A stretch of 63,134 nucleotides of DNA, the filler included, from Craspedostauros australis (Eukaryota): NCBI GenBank assembly GCA_030167865.1. It is 16 parts of 16 records of this genome, joined end to end, with 100 filler letters (N's around TTAATTAATTAA, not from the genome) between each part and the next. Parts side by side here need not be neighbours in the genome. Positions count along the whole stretch, not along the records: positions 45,999 to 48,472 come from JALAGF010004792.1; positions 48,573 to 50,266 come from JALAGF010004794.1; positions 50,367 to 54,783 come from JALAGF010004796.1; positions 54,884 to 56,462 come from JALAGF010004797.1; positions 56,563 to 58,893 come from JALAGF010004798.1; positions 58,994 to 61,725 come from JALAGF010004799.1; positions 61,826 to 63,134 come from JALAGF010004804.1; 9 more parts are not named here. The stretch is one strand, 5' to 3'. The notes under the pieces are model-generated. The model was not told the DNA's origin. It searched no databases and saw only the letters and a program-made list of their open reading frames with translations. The position numbers and the translations under genes were made by a program. Below, piece after piece: positions 48,471 through 61,826 of the stretch (its first letter is position 1; each line of letters starts with the position of its first letter).

Positions 48471-49510
48471 ATNNNNNNNNNNNNNNNNNNNNNNNNNNNN
48501 NNNNNNNNNNNNNNNNTTAATTAATTAANNNNNNNNNNNNNNNNNNNNNNNNNNNNNNNNNNNNNNNNNNNNATAGTCGGAGAGACGCACCAAGAGCATC
48601 AGGCAGAGCAACAAGAGGCACCAAGAGGATCGGAGTGCCAATGTAATGAAATAGCACACAGAACTGTAACAATCACTACCATCACCTACAGTTGCAAGAA
48701 TATCTGTGAGCGGAACTTGCCAACATGTATTATGTGAGCTGTGCGCTGCGCACCGCGAAACGCACAGCCAACACCTATTTGAGGACCACATGGGCGTTGC
48801 ATTAATCGCAATGGCGTCATAAGGTGAGAATGATGGTGCACCATGGCAAAGAGGAGCAATGATCCAATGGGCGTGAAGGAAGTAGAGTCACACAGCAGAG
48901 TAGCATCTGGCCAATAGATGGCGAACAATGATGACACTATAGTGGAGTCTACAATAGTACTGCATTGCACAATCGCACTCTGCTGAAGTCAACGCCGCGC
49001 ACTTCTCTCCCGCAAGATGAAGGAGCACTACCGCTTAGCAGACACACACACAAACTACCAGACAGACTAACAAGACAACACAAGATACTGACATGAAGGC
49101 ATACCCTACAAGACCGATAGAACTGAAACCGAAGTCGGGATTGATGTCACATGATGGGAAGAACCCGGATCTAGTTTTCCTGTTGGACGAAAAGAGACAT
49201 TAATAAGGATGTTGGATTTTACCGCTGCTTTGTCCGTTGGGCATGGCCGGCGGACACATTTCCGCCTGGTCGGCGTGATGGCTGAATCCTTTCCGGTCGG
49301 AGTAGTATGGTACAGTGCTTCATCTCCAATCTCTATCCGGTTGCAGTCTGATTACCGGAAACATGCTGTGACACTTGTGCCACAGCCGAATCGTCCATTG
49401 CACCGTCGTAATAGGACCACGTCGTTTGTATGACAGGATTGCAGGTTTTGTGAAGTCTAATACTGTGCGTTATTGTTGTATTGTATTTCTCCATACTGTT
49501 CCTCATATCC

Positions 49511-50266
49511 TCAGTGCAACTGCATGCATGAATTGCGCATCAAGGTGTGCGCCTGCAAAGGATCTTGTCGAAACACCATGTCGTCCGTCGTGACTATCGT
49601 TCGTGGTGAGAGGAGGGAGGCTTGCTGTTTTTGCTGTTTTCTTTGTTGCTGCTGACTATCGTGATGAGTGTGCTTCAATGCTTTGGCCAGATAGAGCTTG
49701 GCTGTGTGCGCTGATGCGGTCTCGTTCGATTGGTTGCTGCTGTCCATCCATGGACCATCGTACTGTTCCGGAAGCTGCAGGGGCATCTTGAACCAAATGA
49801 TGTTGTTCGGTGTGCCCTTGGCATCCTTCAGCTTGCCTTGGAAAAAGCCGGTTGTCCCTCCCATCGTCTTGACCATGGTAGAGACGGAATGCAGCAAGCT
49901 CTTTTTGGAGGCGAACAGCGCCTTGGCCTGGTGGGGCGTCATCAGTGTCTCGGCAGTGGCGTTCTGCTCGCATTCTACGATGAGATCATCTTGTGTGTTG
50001 TTGGTGCGGACGCGGAGGTGGATCTCGTTGGTGTGATTGCTGGCGCCATTCCTGCTGAAGCGGTTGGTGGTTTCCGTCAACATGAAGAGGCATGACTTGA
50101 AGAGAAGGAGATCCTCCGCGACGATCTTCTTGGGAATCCCCTTCACGAACTCGATCGTGGTGGTGGTGGTCTTGGGAAAGGACGCCATGATGCGATCGAG
50201 GTTGGTGTACAGCTGCACCATGTCAACGATGGGGTACAGGATGTCGTTGAGATCATCTTGGAATGC
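49511..50266 (-). CDS. 5'-partial protein with a degenerate HATPase-like (histidine kinase) C-terminal domain
   Basis: Biased codon usage; IHLRV..LIVECE..VKTMGGTTGF..IIWFKMP resembles the HATPase_c layout but lacks canonical N/G boxes. Confidence 0.45.
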   Translation of the reverse strand, partial: AFQDDLNDILYPIVDMVQLYTNLDRIMASFPKTTTTTIEFVKGIPKKIVAEDLLLFKSCLFMLTETTNRFSRNGASNHTNEIHLRVRTNNTQDDLIVECEQNATAETLMTPHQAKALFASKKSLLHSVSTMVKTMGGTTGFFQGKLKDAKGTPNNIIWFKMPLQLPEQYDGPWMDSSNQSNETASAHTAKLYLAKALKHTHHDSQQQQRKQQKQQASLLSPRTIVTTDDMVFRQDPLQAHTLMRNSCMQLH

Positions 50267-50764
50267 NNNNNNNNNNNNNNNNNNNNNNNNNNNNNNNNNN
50301 NNNNNNNNNNTTAATTAATTAANNNNNNNNNNNNNNNNNNNNNNNNNNNNNNNNNNNNNNNNNNNNAAAATCAAACGGATTATGAACGCGAAAGGCAAAC
50401 TACGGAAATGAAATTAACACGTGAATACACGCGAAAGGCGCAACACAAAATCAAAAATAACACGTGGATACACGCGAAAGGCATAACACAAAAATAACAC
50501 GTGAATACACGTGAAAGGCAGATGAACCAAATGCTCTCGACTGAGATCGTAAGAATTATAAACTCGAGAAAACAAAGAAAACAACAAATACAATTTGTAA
50601 ACGCAAAGTAGCGAAAAAAATCGCAAGGTTACTATAGAGCATCTCATGATCAGGAAAACAATTTGAGCAAATTGGAAACAATCCATCGCAACATCTCAAC
50701 AAAAAAAAAGGGATCGCCCCGCAGGAGATCCAATACCCGTAAGGAAAATTTTGTGCGGTGTTCT

Positions 50765-53700
50765 CGTAAGTGGACTCACCGATCCACTTATTTTGCCACC
50801 TTCGCAGTAAGTGGACTCACCNNNNNNNNNNNNNNNNNNNNNNNNNNNNNNNNNNNNNNNNNNNNNNNNNNNNNNNNNNNNNNNNNNNNNNNNNNNNNNN
50901 NNNTAGTTCGACTCGCCCAACATCCATCTTTTCACCGATTCCTCGTGATGTTTTACACACTGCGTGTTTTGTCGTGTTATTCTTACGACATAAACTGTCC
51001 CGACGTTGCAGCTTCTCCTTCCAATGCGTTGTAACCTTTGTTGTATTGGTGGTGTGTACTACGTCTGGTGCTAGCGTTATAGAGGATATTGCACATACAT
51101 GTACTGTGGCAGAAGCCTGGGGCTACACGCATTATTATTAGTTCATCTATCTCACTCTTTTCCGCCCATTTCGACTGTGCAAGTACAGCAATTCTGTTCT
51201 GTTGTTCAGCCTTGCCTTGGCTGCCGACCTATGCACAGATCATATTGTTTGTGTCCTACTGAGCTCGCTTGCTACTCCTGTGGTGCCTTGGCTTGTTCGT
51301 GCCCACTTTGCCGTTGATGCATCCACGCCATCAAATTCGTCCTCATCTTCCTCTCGTTGAAGAGCTTCCATTGCTTCCGACACGCTCATTGTCTCTCCTC
51401 TACTACATCCAGGGCTAGCGTTCATGACCTACTCTTTGGTGGTTGCTGCTTCTTCTCCTCTGGATTATTTCTCCTCTTATCTCCGATCGGTTCTTGATAA
51501 GTGTGTGTGAGGCTTGCTTCCGCATGTTGCTGCTCGCCTCTTATAGTTTCTTCGATTGCAGGTGCTTTGCTGTCCGTGCCTGCAGTTGTTCCTGCTGTTT
51601 TTTCTCCACTACCATTTGCTTCTCCACCTTTGGCAGGTACAGTCTCCACAGCATTCGGCACTGCTGCTGCTAACTTCTCTCTTCCAAGCTGCGCTTGTAC
51701 CTTGTCTGCCCACCCTGCTTCATCTTGGTGAGCAATTTGGTGGCAAGAGTTTTGTATGATCACCGCATCCTCTCCTTTTGCGACTTTCTTCAAAGCCACA
51801 GTGGGTGCGATGCCACATTTCTTCAGCCACTCCTGTCTCTCCTGCTTCATGAAGCCACAAGCATGAATGTAGCACCCAGGGCAAATCCATCTCGTCCTGG
51901 CTGAACATACAACACAAGTTCCTCTTCTGTTCGGGTTGTACCGTGATACGTGCTCTCCCTCTTGCAATTGTTTTGGCAGCTTTGTCTCCTCCTCCGAATG
52001 CAGGGAGGAGGACGAGCATACAAAGGGAATGAATTGCACAAACATTGTATTGGTTGACATGAGGACAAAGTCCGGCATGGTTGTAGTAATCGCGATTCAA
52101 AGGAAGGAGCAGGTAGGAATAGCAGTTCTGAGTGACGCAAACACACTCACCAATCACCAAAACACTCCCTTTCACACCATATATAAATGTGATATGAAAC
52201 CTGCAGCATCTCTTCATTTGCTTTGATCAATGCTCAATATGAAGGGCTGCACGACTCCAAGAATATGTGGATGGTGCTTGGGATGCCATGGACCCAGTGT
52301 GCTTTTGTCTGATACGCCTCTTCCTCCCTTTGCGTTTCAGCTGTTGTCCTTGTTTTCATTTCCACGATAACAGCTTTGTCTGTTGCATCGCCTATGGGGT
52401 CCCAACAATACCGATGAAGTTGGCAGATGCGCAAGTGTAGCCTTTGCCGCCCTTCTTCACCAGGCCCACCCTAAATGCTGCACTGAATTGGCTGCTTCCT
52501 CCAAGCATGCCCTGGCAGTCCATTGCCACTTGCATCAGCGGCTCCTCATTCATGTGGTCGAGTCTGGCATACCTGTTCGCCCGACCTTTCTGTGCTGTCA
52601 TGAACCATGACATCAGCGCTGTTTTGGCATGTTTTTTTGCTCTTCAGGTTCTGGAAGTCTGCGGAGCAATGGACCTCTGCCATGCCCAGATTTGCATCGT
52701 CTGCTGTCATGGTCATCGACCCGGCCACCAGAGGATCACTGGCTGCGGCTGGTGTTGCGGATGGTGCAGTAGTTTGTGTAGATTAGTTCGTTTCAATGAT
52801 GCTGGTGTGGGATTGATTGTTGGTGGAATACTCCTCCTCTGCTCCCACCTTGTCAGTCTGCAATGCTTGCTCATCGTCTTCCGATGCAACCGGATTCATA
52901 GATCTGAACTCTGCGTTTGCGGAGTGCGATCAACATGTCTGAGAGCTGCCATGCCAAGACGAGGCAGAGATCCAAGACCTAAGATCAGGCTGATCAACTG
53001 GGTATTGAAATGGATGAGTTGGGGAACCACAACAATCTGTGGTGGTACAGCTGAGTTGATGAACCTCATCAAGAAGCAATTCGTATGTGTACCGATGGGC
53101 ATTCCCCACTGAAACTGGGAACTCTTCATTTTTGGGATCAAGAAGGAGCCAACGAGGATCCATGCTTGTCAGCCGTTCTGCTTCTGATTGGTTGTGCTCT
53201 TTGCATGGAGTGCTTGTATTTGTTGTGGATGCAGCATCACCTGCAGTAGTTGCGCTGAAATTGTTGGTAGAGGCATTGGTGGTTGGCGTTGTCATGGATG
53301 GAAGAAGGTTTCCTCATGATCCACCCTTGGCAATGTAGGAATCACCACTTCGATCAACATCAGCATCAATGTTATCAGCGCTGATGGCGTTGGATTCCAA
53401 CACGCTATGAGTGTCCTTGTTGCTTTCAGTCATCAGGAGAACGAAGTACTCGATCACTGTCAAAGGTGTCGTCAACGCAGTTGGGGTCGAGGTGGTTGTC
53501 GTCGCTGTCGTCATCAGTCCAGTCAACACTCCGTTTCATGAGGGATAGAAGGGATGTTGAAGCACGCATGATGCAGCAGAGTGATACATAGTGTAGAAGG
53601 CAGCAATGATTCGTAGGTATGCAGATGACAGTGTGGAACAAGGATCGGAAGGGGTTCAGATGGAATGAACATCGGAACGGATGCAGATGGAGAAAGATGA

Positions 53701-54660
53701 AATCCAACGGGTGTGTAGAAGACACTGACAGGCAATGCAAAAGGGAGATTGCGAGGCGAGCGATGAAGCTGCGGAGCGCAGACTCGGTTTCGCTGGTTGG
53801 CAACAGTTGGATCAAGCCATGGCCCATTGCGGAGGCGAGTCTGGTGTGGTGACAGAGGATGACACCTGGAAAGCCTTGCTGTGATTTGGTTGGGTGGTAC
53901 AAGACAAAGTTCCGTTTTATGGAAGTGCGCAGAGTGGTGGAAGGTCCAGCCTGGAGGGTAGCATTGAGCGGTCTGATGGCGCAGGGCAGGCAACGGGGGA
54001 TGAGCGTGTGGGTGACTACAGGACTGGACAGAATCGGATTGGACAGGAGGCCAGGAGTCCGGACGGCGACACCCACGTTCGCACATGGGCTATGGGGGTG
54101 ACTCACTGCGGGTCAGCTGGGGGTGCGTGCATCGTGGCCTGGTGATGGTGCTCCAGGATACAAGGGCCACCTCCAGCACCCTGTGTGGGGCTTCACAACC
54201 CCCCAGGTTGCGCAGTGTACAGGCACCTGGGTCTGTGGCTGTTAAAACGCGGAAATGACAGGAGTGCATATATTCGTGACATACTTGACCTACCTGGTGC
54301 AGCCAGGCATGTGCGGGCGAGGCTATAGCCCTCGGGCACTCCCTATTATGGGTTTAATTGTTGTGGGTTATTGTTATTGTTGTTTTTATTATTATAATAT
54401 TAATACGAGAGGGAAATGCACCATGTGTTGTTGGGTTGGAAGAATAACGCGACAAAACACGCAGTGTGTAAAACATCACGAGGAATCNNNNNNNNNNNNN
54501 NNNNNNNNNNNNNNNNNNNNNNNNNNNNNNNNNNNNNNNNNNNNNNNNNNNNNNNNNNNGTGCTCGTAAGTGGATTGGTGAGTCCACTTACGTAACTGGA
54601 TCGGTGAGTCCACTTACGAAGCAACAAAAATGCCAAGTGGATTGGTGAGTCCACTTAGCG
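50765..54660. mobile_element. DNA transposon relic with long inverted repeats
   Basis: 50765-50985 and 54440-54660 are inverted copies (GTAAGTGGACTCACC repeats; GATTCCTCGTGATGTTTTACACACTGCGTGTTTTGTCG); internal minus-strand CVVC-x7-CPGC-x4-C zinc ribbon near 51.9 kb. Confidence 0.7.
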
Positions 54661-56562
54661 CTAAACGGACTCACGAGTCCTTTTATTTTCCTCACGGATA
54701 CAACACAACTCTCTATTCCTCACGGAAACCAAAAAATGAAACACTTGCCACACCAAACCAAAAAACAAACGATGGTGTCACAANNNNNNNNNNNNNNNNN
54801 NNNNNNNNNNNNNNNNNNNNNNNNNNNTTAATTAATTAANNNNNNNNNNNNNNNNNNNNNNNNNNNNNNNNNNNNNNNNNNNNATCGAGTCCCGTCGAAC
54901 CTGCTTCCTTTTGCATTTAATGCATTTGGAGTGCATTTAATGCACTTGGGGTTCAAAAAATGCATTTGAAGTGCATTAAATGCANNNNNNNNNNNNNNNN
55001 NNNNNNNNNNNNNNNNNNNNNNNNNNNNNNNNNNNNNNNNNNNNNNNNNNNNNNNNNNNNNNNNNNNNNNNNNNNNNNNNNNNNNNNNNNNNNNNNNNNN
55101 NNNNNNNNNNNNNNNNNNNNNNNNNNNNNNNNNNNNNNNNNNNNNNNNNNNNNNNNNNNNNNNNNNNNNNNNNNNNNNNNNNNNNNNNNNNNNNNNNNNN
55201 NNNNNNNNNNNNNNNNNNNNNNNNNNNNNNNNGTGGTGAGCAAGAACAATTCTCCTGCTGCCAATTCAGTGGTTCTTGCAAGCCCCATGCTGGGTACCAT
55301 CGTGTTGTCTATAAGCCCCATGCTGGGTACCATCATGTTTTCCTGAAGATCCATAATCGGACAACTCTACTTTCTTAGACGGTGATGTAACGTGTTGTCA
55401 AATAGGGTCATATATATTTAGCTAGAGTCTACGACACAAATACTGGCTGGCTTGTCCTCAACGCGGACAAAATGCATGACGTCATTGACGGTCGATGACA
55501 GACCGAAATTGTAATCAATGGTGTGGATGGTGATGTTGTGACAGGTCCAGTGCCATGTTGGTTGCTCACGCTGTTGGTGATTTGGTTCCTTTGGGTGTTT
55601 CCTCCTGGCGGTGTTGTGTCAAGCAGCAAAGCATTGGTGGTGTCATCCCTACATGTTGGCCACACCAGCCACACGTGTGAATGGTACACAACATAATATT
55701 ATGTAATGTAATGTAATGGAGGGCAGTGACTTATCCTTTGCTATGCACAACAAAATACAATACTAAATAATACTTGGCATAGTTTGTGGATGTTCTACAA
55801 AGTCCTGCACAACCTGCTTTGTCCCCCTTGGACATGGGACGCCATGATCATCTGCTGAGCTGTTGACATGGTGCAGAAAGAGACTGGTGACAGTAGTGTT
55901 GTCATCCTTGTTGTTTCTTGCATCATGATTCAAGTGCTTGTGGATTCAATACCACTGAAACAAGAAGTAAAGAGGTGGAGCAGATGAGCAACNNNNNNNN
56001 NNNNNNNNNNNNNNNNNNNNNNNNNNNNNNNNNNNNNNNNNNNNNNNNNNNNNNNNNNNNNNNNNNNNNNNNNNNNNNNNNNNNNNNNNNNNNAGTAGGT
56101 ACATGGAGGGAAGGCAGCATGTGATGATTGAGATGTGGACGAAGCTGAACGTCCTGGACCATGAACAGCAGCAGACCGAGAACAAGGCATGATGCAGGTC
56201 AAGTTAAGGGTGAGGGCAAAGGTTGAAGTGGGATGTACCATCCTTGGGTAGCATGGAGCCTGCAACCCGCTCACCACCTTATGTATTCTTCTCCACTTGG
56301 GTTCCATCGATCCAAAGCCCAGACAAAGCAGCAGCCTCGGCATGCCCACCGCCACCACGCAATCCTCAACATTTCGTTACAAGTAACCACCTCACCCACG
56401 TGAAATGTGAGTGTGTCGATGATAGACACGACTGGACAGCATGTCGAAACACGACTGACGATNNNNNNNNNNNNNNNNNNNNNNNNNNNNNNNNNNNNNN
56501 NNNNNNTTAATTAATTAANNNNNNNNNNNNNNNNNNNNNNNNNNNNNNNNNNNNNNNNNNNN

Positions 56563-56857
56563 CTGAATGAACAGAGTGTCGAATGCGGAGTACGCATCGA
56601 ACACAGAGTATCGTGTAGCACGAGCACACGATGCCGAGAGAGAGAGTAAAGAGAGAAGAGCGAGAGAGCATCTCGCATACCGACTCATAGTCGGAGACTG
56701 AATCTACGAAACAGATTGAAGCACCGAGAGCATCGGGCGAGAGAACGGCGTACACCGAGAGCATNGGAGTAGCCAAGTAATGAAATAGCAAACAGACGAC
56801 TATCAACCAACACCATCTTCCACGATCGTAGGTTACCGTGAGCGGAACTTGCCAACA
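56563..56857. repeat. Second copy of the 22119-22419 repeat
   Basis: Direct alignment. Confidence 0.75.
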
Positions 56858-57476
56858 GATGCATCATACGCTGCAGTGCAATCAACGGGGTTCGTCCACT
56901 GTCACATTCCGCCCAGGCAAAGTCGTTTGGTTCCTCCACCATCGTTCTTGTTTCAAGGCAGCACAATTTGTTCGCGTGCTGTTCGTCATGTGCGCTACAT
57001 CAGTTGGTGGTGGCAACAGCGTTTGTGTCTCTCCTGTCCCCGGTGGTGGCGGTGGTGCCCCATGGCGCCCAACCACCTCCGCTCCGCGTCCACGGGGTTC
57101 CACGGTAACCCTGGTGTTTCTCTCATGTATTCACTGTATCGTAACAGGACTCTCTTGCGTACAAGTTCGTGGCAGGTTGCCTAGTCCATCCTCTTTTCAT
57201 CCAGGAAGCATGTCGCCCCATGGGGACGAACGCCCTTACCCGTTCTCCACACTGCACTGTCAGTGGGTCCGAGATGCATTTTTGACAAATAGTGTTCCCC
57301 ACAGTAAAGCATAGCACTTACACGATGAACCAGTCAGTGTGATGCTGTGCTTGCCTTTTTTCAAACCAGGACACCAAACACGAACTCACTACAACAGACA
57401 AGGGAGGACATCTACGATTATAATTTTATGCTCGTTAAATTCTGGCTATTTGTTTGTACTAGGTGGGATGCGCTAA

Positions 57477-58496
57477 TTAGTGTGTGTGTTGTGCATCTGC
57501 ACGGGCGATGGCACGTTCGCGTGCTTCTTGCATCGCGACAACCACGTCAAACGAGGGGAAGCCGTTGCTCAATTCAATTTGGGTGAGGATGGCAACCGCG
57601 TTGAATGCAAGGCGATGCTTGTCCACGTGGTGCCGCCACTTCAGGTGCATGCATTGCCAGTGCTTGATTCGCCTGTTGACCGTTTCGTGGCGGCACCGCA
57701 TGATGCCATCTGCACGAAATGTTGGGGGAAACACACACGGGTCCCCACGGTATCCGGCGTCTGCGACGACGACTTCGTGTTGCACTAATTTCGGTTTCAG
57801 ACCCTGACGGAAGATCGAAAGATCGTTCAACAGGCCACACGGGAAAGGACCATTCGCCCAAACGATCTCACCAGTGGAAATCGCAACAGCCAACTCATAG
57901 CGCACACCAGAGGCGCGAAACTTGAACGAGTACCACTTCTGGCTAAACGGTTTNNNNNNNNNNNNNNNNNNNNNNNNNNNNNNNACAGTGACAAGCGCTT
58001 TTGCATCGTGACTTGCGCCAACGAAACGACGGTTCCAGACAATCTGTCAATTGGAGCGGTACCAGGAAAAATCAGAATCATGTGTGAGTGAATGGAGTGA
58101 ACAGAATTTTGTGTCGTAGTTCAGGTGTGCGAATTTATTAGTACTTACAATGCGATCCTTAACGGTTTCAACGGCTTCCATCATTAGCCACATCCATTTC
58201 CGAAGTGTTTTGGCAGAACACTTGCACATGGTGGCNNNNNNNNNNNNNNNNNNNNNNNNNNNNNNNNNNNNNNNNNNNNNNNNNNNNNNNNNNNNNNNNN
58301 NNNNNNNNNNNNNNNNNNNNNNNNNNCAGAGCTCGTTCCACAAGATGTGCACGATGTCAGGATGCGTTCCGAACACGGATGCGAACTGTCGCAGTGACTC
58401 CCTGGAAAGGTTGTTTGTGTCCAAGCCTGTTGGGCGTGACCTGATCAGCCCGAACCCCACGGTGGCAAAAGTTCCACTTGGTAGAAGCATTCTCAT
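57477..58496 (-). mobile_element. PIF/Harbinger (ISL2EU-like, DDE_Tnp_4) transposase with intron 58044-58148
   Basis: WYSFKF..SGVRYE...NGPFPCG..NDL...VADAGYRG...RHETVNRRIK.W; a GTAAGT...CAG intron joins VKDRI to IVWNRRF...LVTV. Confidence 0.85.
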
Positions 58497-60020
58497 GTTC
58501 CTTGCGAATTATGAGCTCTTGTGCAACTAGAAATGTCAAAATGAGGCGAAAAACAACAATGCCAACAAGTAACCGTTGAGCTAGTACAAATTGTGCGCAA
58601 ATCAACTGCAACTTGCCAATGACGAAACGAGCTTTNNNNNNNNNNNNNNNNNNNNNNNNNNNNNNNNNNNNNNNNNNNNNGCTTTGCTGTGGGGAAGCCA
58701 ATCAAGCGAGGGCGTTCTTCCAGATTAATCGCAGAGAAGTCGAACAAAGTGTACGGTTGTCCTCCAATGCTTCGCCCACTTGTGCTTCGTTGTGACCAAG
58801 GTACCAAGGAAGGCAGGATTCAACGGACGAAACATCCAATGAATTCCTGCGTTGCCGTATGTAGCGTAATGATCAGGGGCACATCCACGACTTNNNNNNN
58901 NNNNNNNNNNNNNNNNNNNNNNNNNNNNNNNNNNNNNTTAATTAATTAANNNNNNNNNNNNNNNNNNNNNNNNNNNNNNNNNNNNNNNNNNNNAACACAG
59001 CTGCACGAAGCGGAGAAGCGCTTCAAGCGTGTCTGCGCATCGAGGATGTTGAGCATCCATGGATGGAAGATGCTTCCACATGGCCAGCTCACAGTTGCCA
59101 ACGCCAGCATTCGTACTCGGCACTTCATCAAGTGTCATGGATTGGAAAACACACACACAGATCAGGAATTCGGAAAGCAACGATTGCCGTCGTTGATGAA
59201 TCCAGCACCAGTTCTATCATGGAGGAGAGCATTGCATGCCAGGCGACGATGAAGGAGAGGATTGACGAAAATGACCAACATCTTCCCCGCAATCTACATC
59301 CGATGGAGATGAAAACATCAGGCAACCGATGCCATGAGTACCTTACAACATGTCCGACGAGTCATCCCCAATGAAGGTCCTCAAGTAACGGGCACAGCAG
59401 TGCGTTGTGAAGGCTTGTAGCCATCAAAACATCAGCAGATCCGCGGCACAAGTTCCAACGTGTCGCCTGAAACGTAACGGACTGGAATGAATGCTCCTGC
59501 TCTGCCTTCGGAGGGCATGTGTTGCGTTTCGCATCTTCCCCATGCACTCTTTGCTTTCCCGGACGGTTGCGGTAGAATTGGCTTGCGTGAACTGTGCGGC
59601 AGTGACATCAGGCAAGAATATCGGGCTTGATTTCGAGTGGAAGGGACGTATGCTTGATCAGTTGATGTACGTGCGTCAGCTAGAGACGTTGGCAATGGAT
59701 CTGCTCAAGGCTCGGCTGTGCTGACGTTCCGTACTCCTTGCTAGTTCACCATCACACCAGCATCAATCGGATCTTCCTATCAGATCGAGACGTCACAATA
59801 CCAGACCAAAAGCATAACACTCTGGCGATTCTGGTATGCAGCAAGGCACGGGAAAAACGTTGAAACACGACTCAGAGCTTGTTCGACCACTCCGACTTCT
59901 TACTTTGAATCGCTGAAGCGATGTTGAAGTTCGACTCAACTGATTGCTACAGTTGTTGCAGAATAACGTTTACAACGTCAATACGTTTAAAAAGCGAACT
60001 CCAACCACATACAACTGATT

Positions 60021-60134
60021 CAATGAAACTAACAACGTTTCAATGAAACTAATGACAATTCAATGAAACTAATGACGATTCAATGAAACTAATGACGTTT
60101 CAATGAAACTAATGACGTTTCAATGAAAGTAACG
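60021..60134 (+). repeat. 20-bp minisatellite CAATGAAACTAATGACGTTT (about 6 units)
   Basis: Directly visible. Confidence 0.9.
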
Positions 60135-60509
60135 TTGGACCACGACTGAGCAACAAGAACACGACTCATAAGATTTTGTCGAAACTCAACGCGAACCAAA
60201 TCAACCACACACGACAAATCAGTTTTGTGTCGTTCCGAAACGACAAGAACATGATGTGTGTGCTGCCTGTATCGGTGAATGTAGCAAATGATAACACTGG
60301 TTTTTACATGTTCTTGGTGCAAGTACTACCATTGCGTACTTTGCACTATGAATCGTGTTGCACAAGAAGGGCAAGCACTTGTTGTTGTGGACAAGTTTGG
60401 CTTTGGGCGCACGTGATTTTGTTTTTGTTCGAATGGAGGTCCAAACGTGGATTTGTCAAATCATGAATCAAACGACTCCCGCATACCTTCGATGTCAGTC
60501 GTGCCATTT

Positions 60510-60642
60510 CAATGAAACTAGTGACGTCTCAATGAAACTAATGACGTTTCAATGAAACTAACCGGCATTCAATGAAACTAATCGGCATTCAATGAAACTA
60601 ATGACGTTTCAATGAAAGTAATGACGTTTCAATGAAAGTAAC
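60510..60642 (+). repeat. Second array of the same 20-bp unit (about 7 units)
   Basis: Directly visible. Confidence 0.9.
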
Positions 60643-61069
60643 AATCACTGAGTTAACGCATATAACGTCTATTTAACTCTCTTTGATTGGAACATCGGAG
60701 TTGCTCTTGACTCGTCGGAGTCAAAGAGTATTTCGAACACGGGATCGGTGCGGCAGAGGGCGTTTGTCCATTCTCCAGACACACTTTCAGCGAATTTCCC
60801 GTGCCTTGCAGTATAGTACTATCCACAACGCTACGCACAGCATTGGCAAAGCGAGCACAACGTGCAAATCAACCTTCTTTCTTTTCATTGAATGCAAGCA
60901 AAAGGGTTGAACTGGTGAATGGCTCGACATGTGCGGCGTGCCATTGGATGGATCACTGATCATCTGCTTGAATCATAGTTACTAGTACTACTCTGATTCC
61001 TCGTCTGATCCATCTTCTTCATTCCATGACATGCTTGCTCCTCAGTCTGGTGTTGTTGTCGTTGGTGCT

Positions 61070-61725
61070 TTATTTCGCTTCCTCGGCAGCGCCGTCGCTC
61101 TCAGCCACCCTGGAGGATGTGATGGAACGCACGAAGCGCAACAGCGCGACGCGATCCATGTACGAATCCACCTGCACAGCCCCCTCGTCTTCATCCACAA
61201 CCTTGTACAACTCCATCATGGACATGCCACCATATTCATCATCACCTCCATCGGCCACCATTCCCTCACTGCAAAGGACATGAATGTCTCCCATCAGTTG
61301 ATGATGTGGAATCAGCTTGCTGAAATCTGGATGAGCAAGTAATGTCTGCATGTTTTGAGCTGCCATCCTCGTTGCCGCGTCTTTCAGCAGTGCACAGTCA
61401 TGCTGATCGGCGAATATCAATGTATGCACCATGGTGTCCTGTGTGAGATGCTTGCGGGCCAACTCCGCTTCAACAACAAGCTTGAGTCGCCAGAAGCCGA
61501 ACTCGTTGGCCACAAGGACCAGCTGTTGCAGATCGCCCTGTCCATTGAAGGAGCGGGGTGGCTGGTCCGTGCTATCAGGATCAGTGTCGTCACGAGTGTT
61601 GTTGCTGAAGGATATCTCACCTATGTAGATGCATTGGAGGTTATGTTGGACGTGTTTTGGTTGAAGGTTGGGAAGAGAGACGGTTGCTTGCATGGGGGCC
61701 GCGTAGTCTTCTGTGCCATCATTCG
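61070..61725 (-). CDS. BTB-domain C-terminal part; paralog of 27932-29440, 5'-partial
   Basis: LVANEFGFWRLKL, LLKDAA and QVDSYMDR are shared; the 3' flank is also similar. Confidence 0.8.
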
Positions 61726-61826
61726 NNNNNNNNNNNNNNNNNNNNNNNNNNNNNNNNNNNNNNNNNNNNTTAATTAATTAANNNNNNNNNNNNNNNNNNN
61801 NNNNNNNNNNNNNNNNNNNNNNNNNG

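Noticed and set aside
54905..54984. TGCATTTAA-type palindromic repeats
   Set aside because: Short and cut by a gap, so it cannot be interpreted.
60021..60642. CRISPR-like array
   Set aside because: The period is only 20 bp, the 'spacers' are near-identical, and there are no cas genes in this eukaryotic context.
3520..61781. Regularly recurring TTAATTAATTAA palindrome
   Set aside because: Always centred in a 100-bp N block; it is an assembly linker, so gene neighbourhoods across linkers are not biological.
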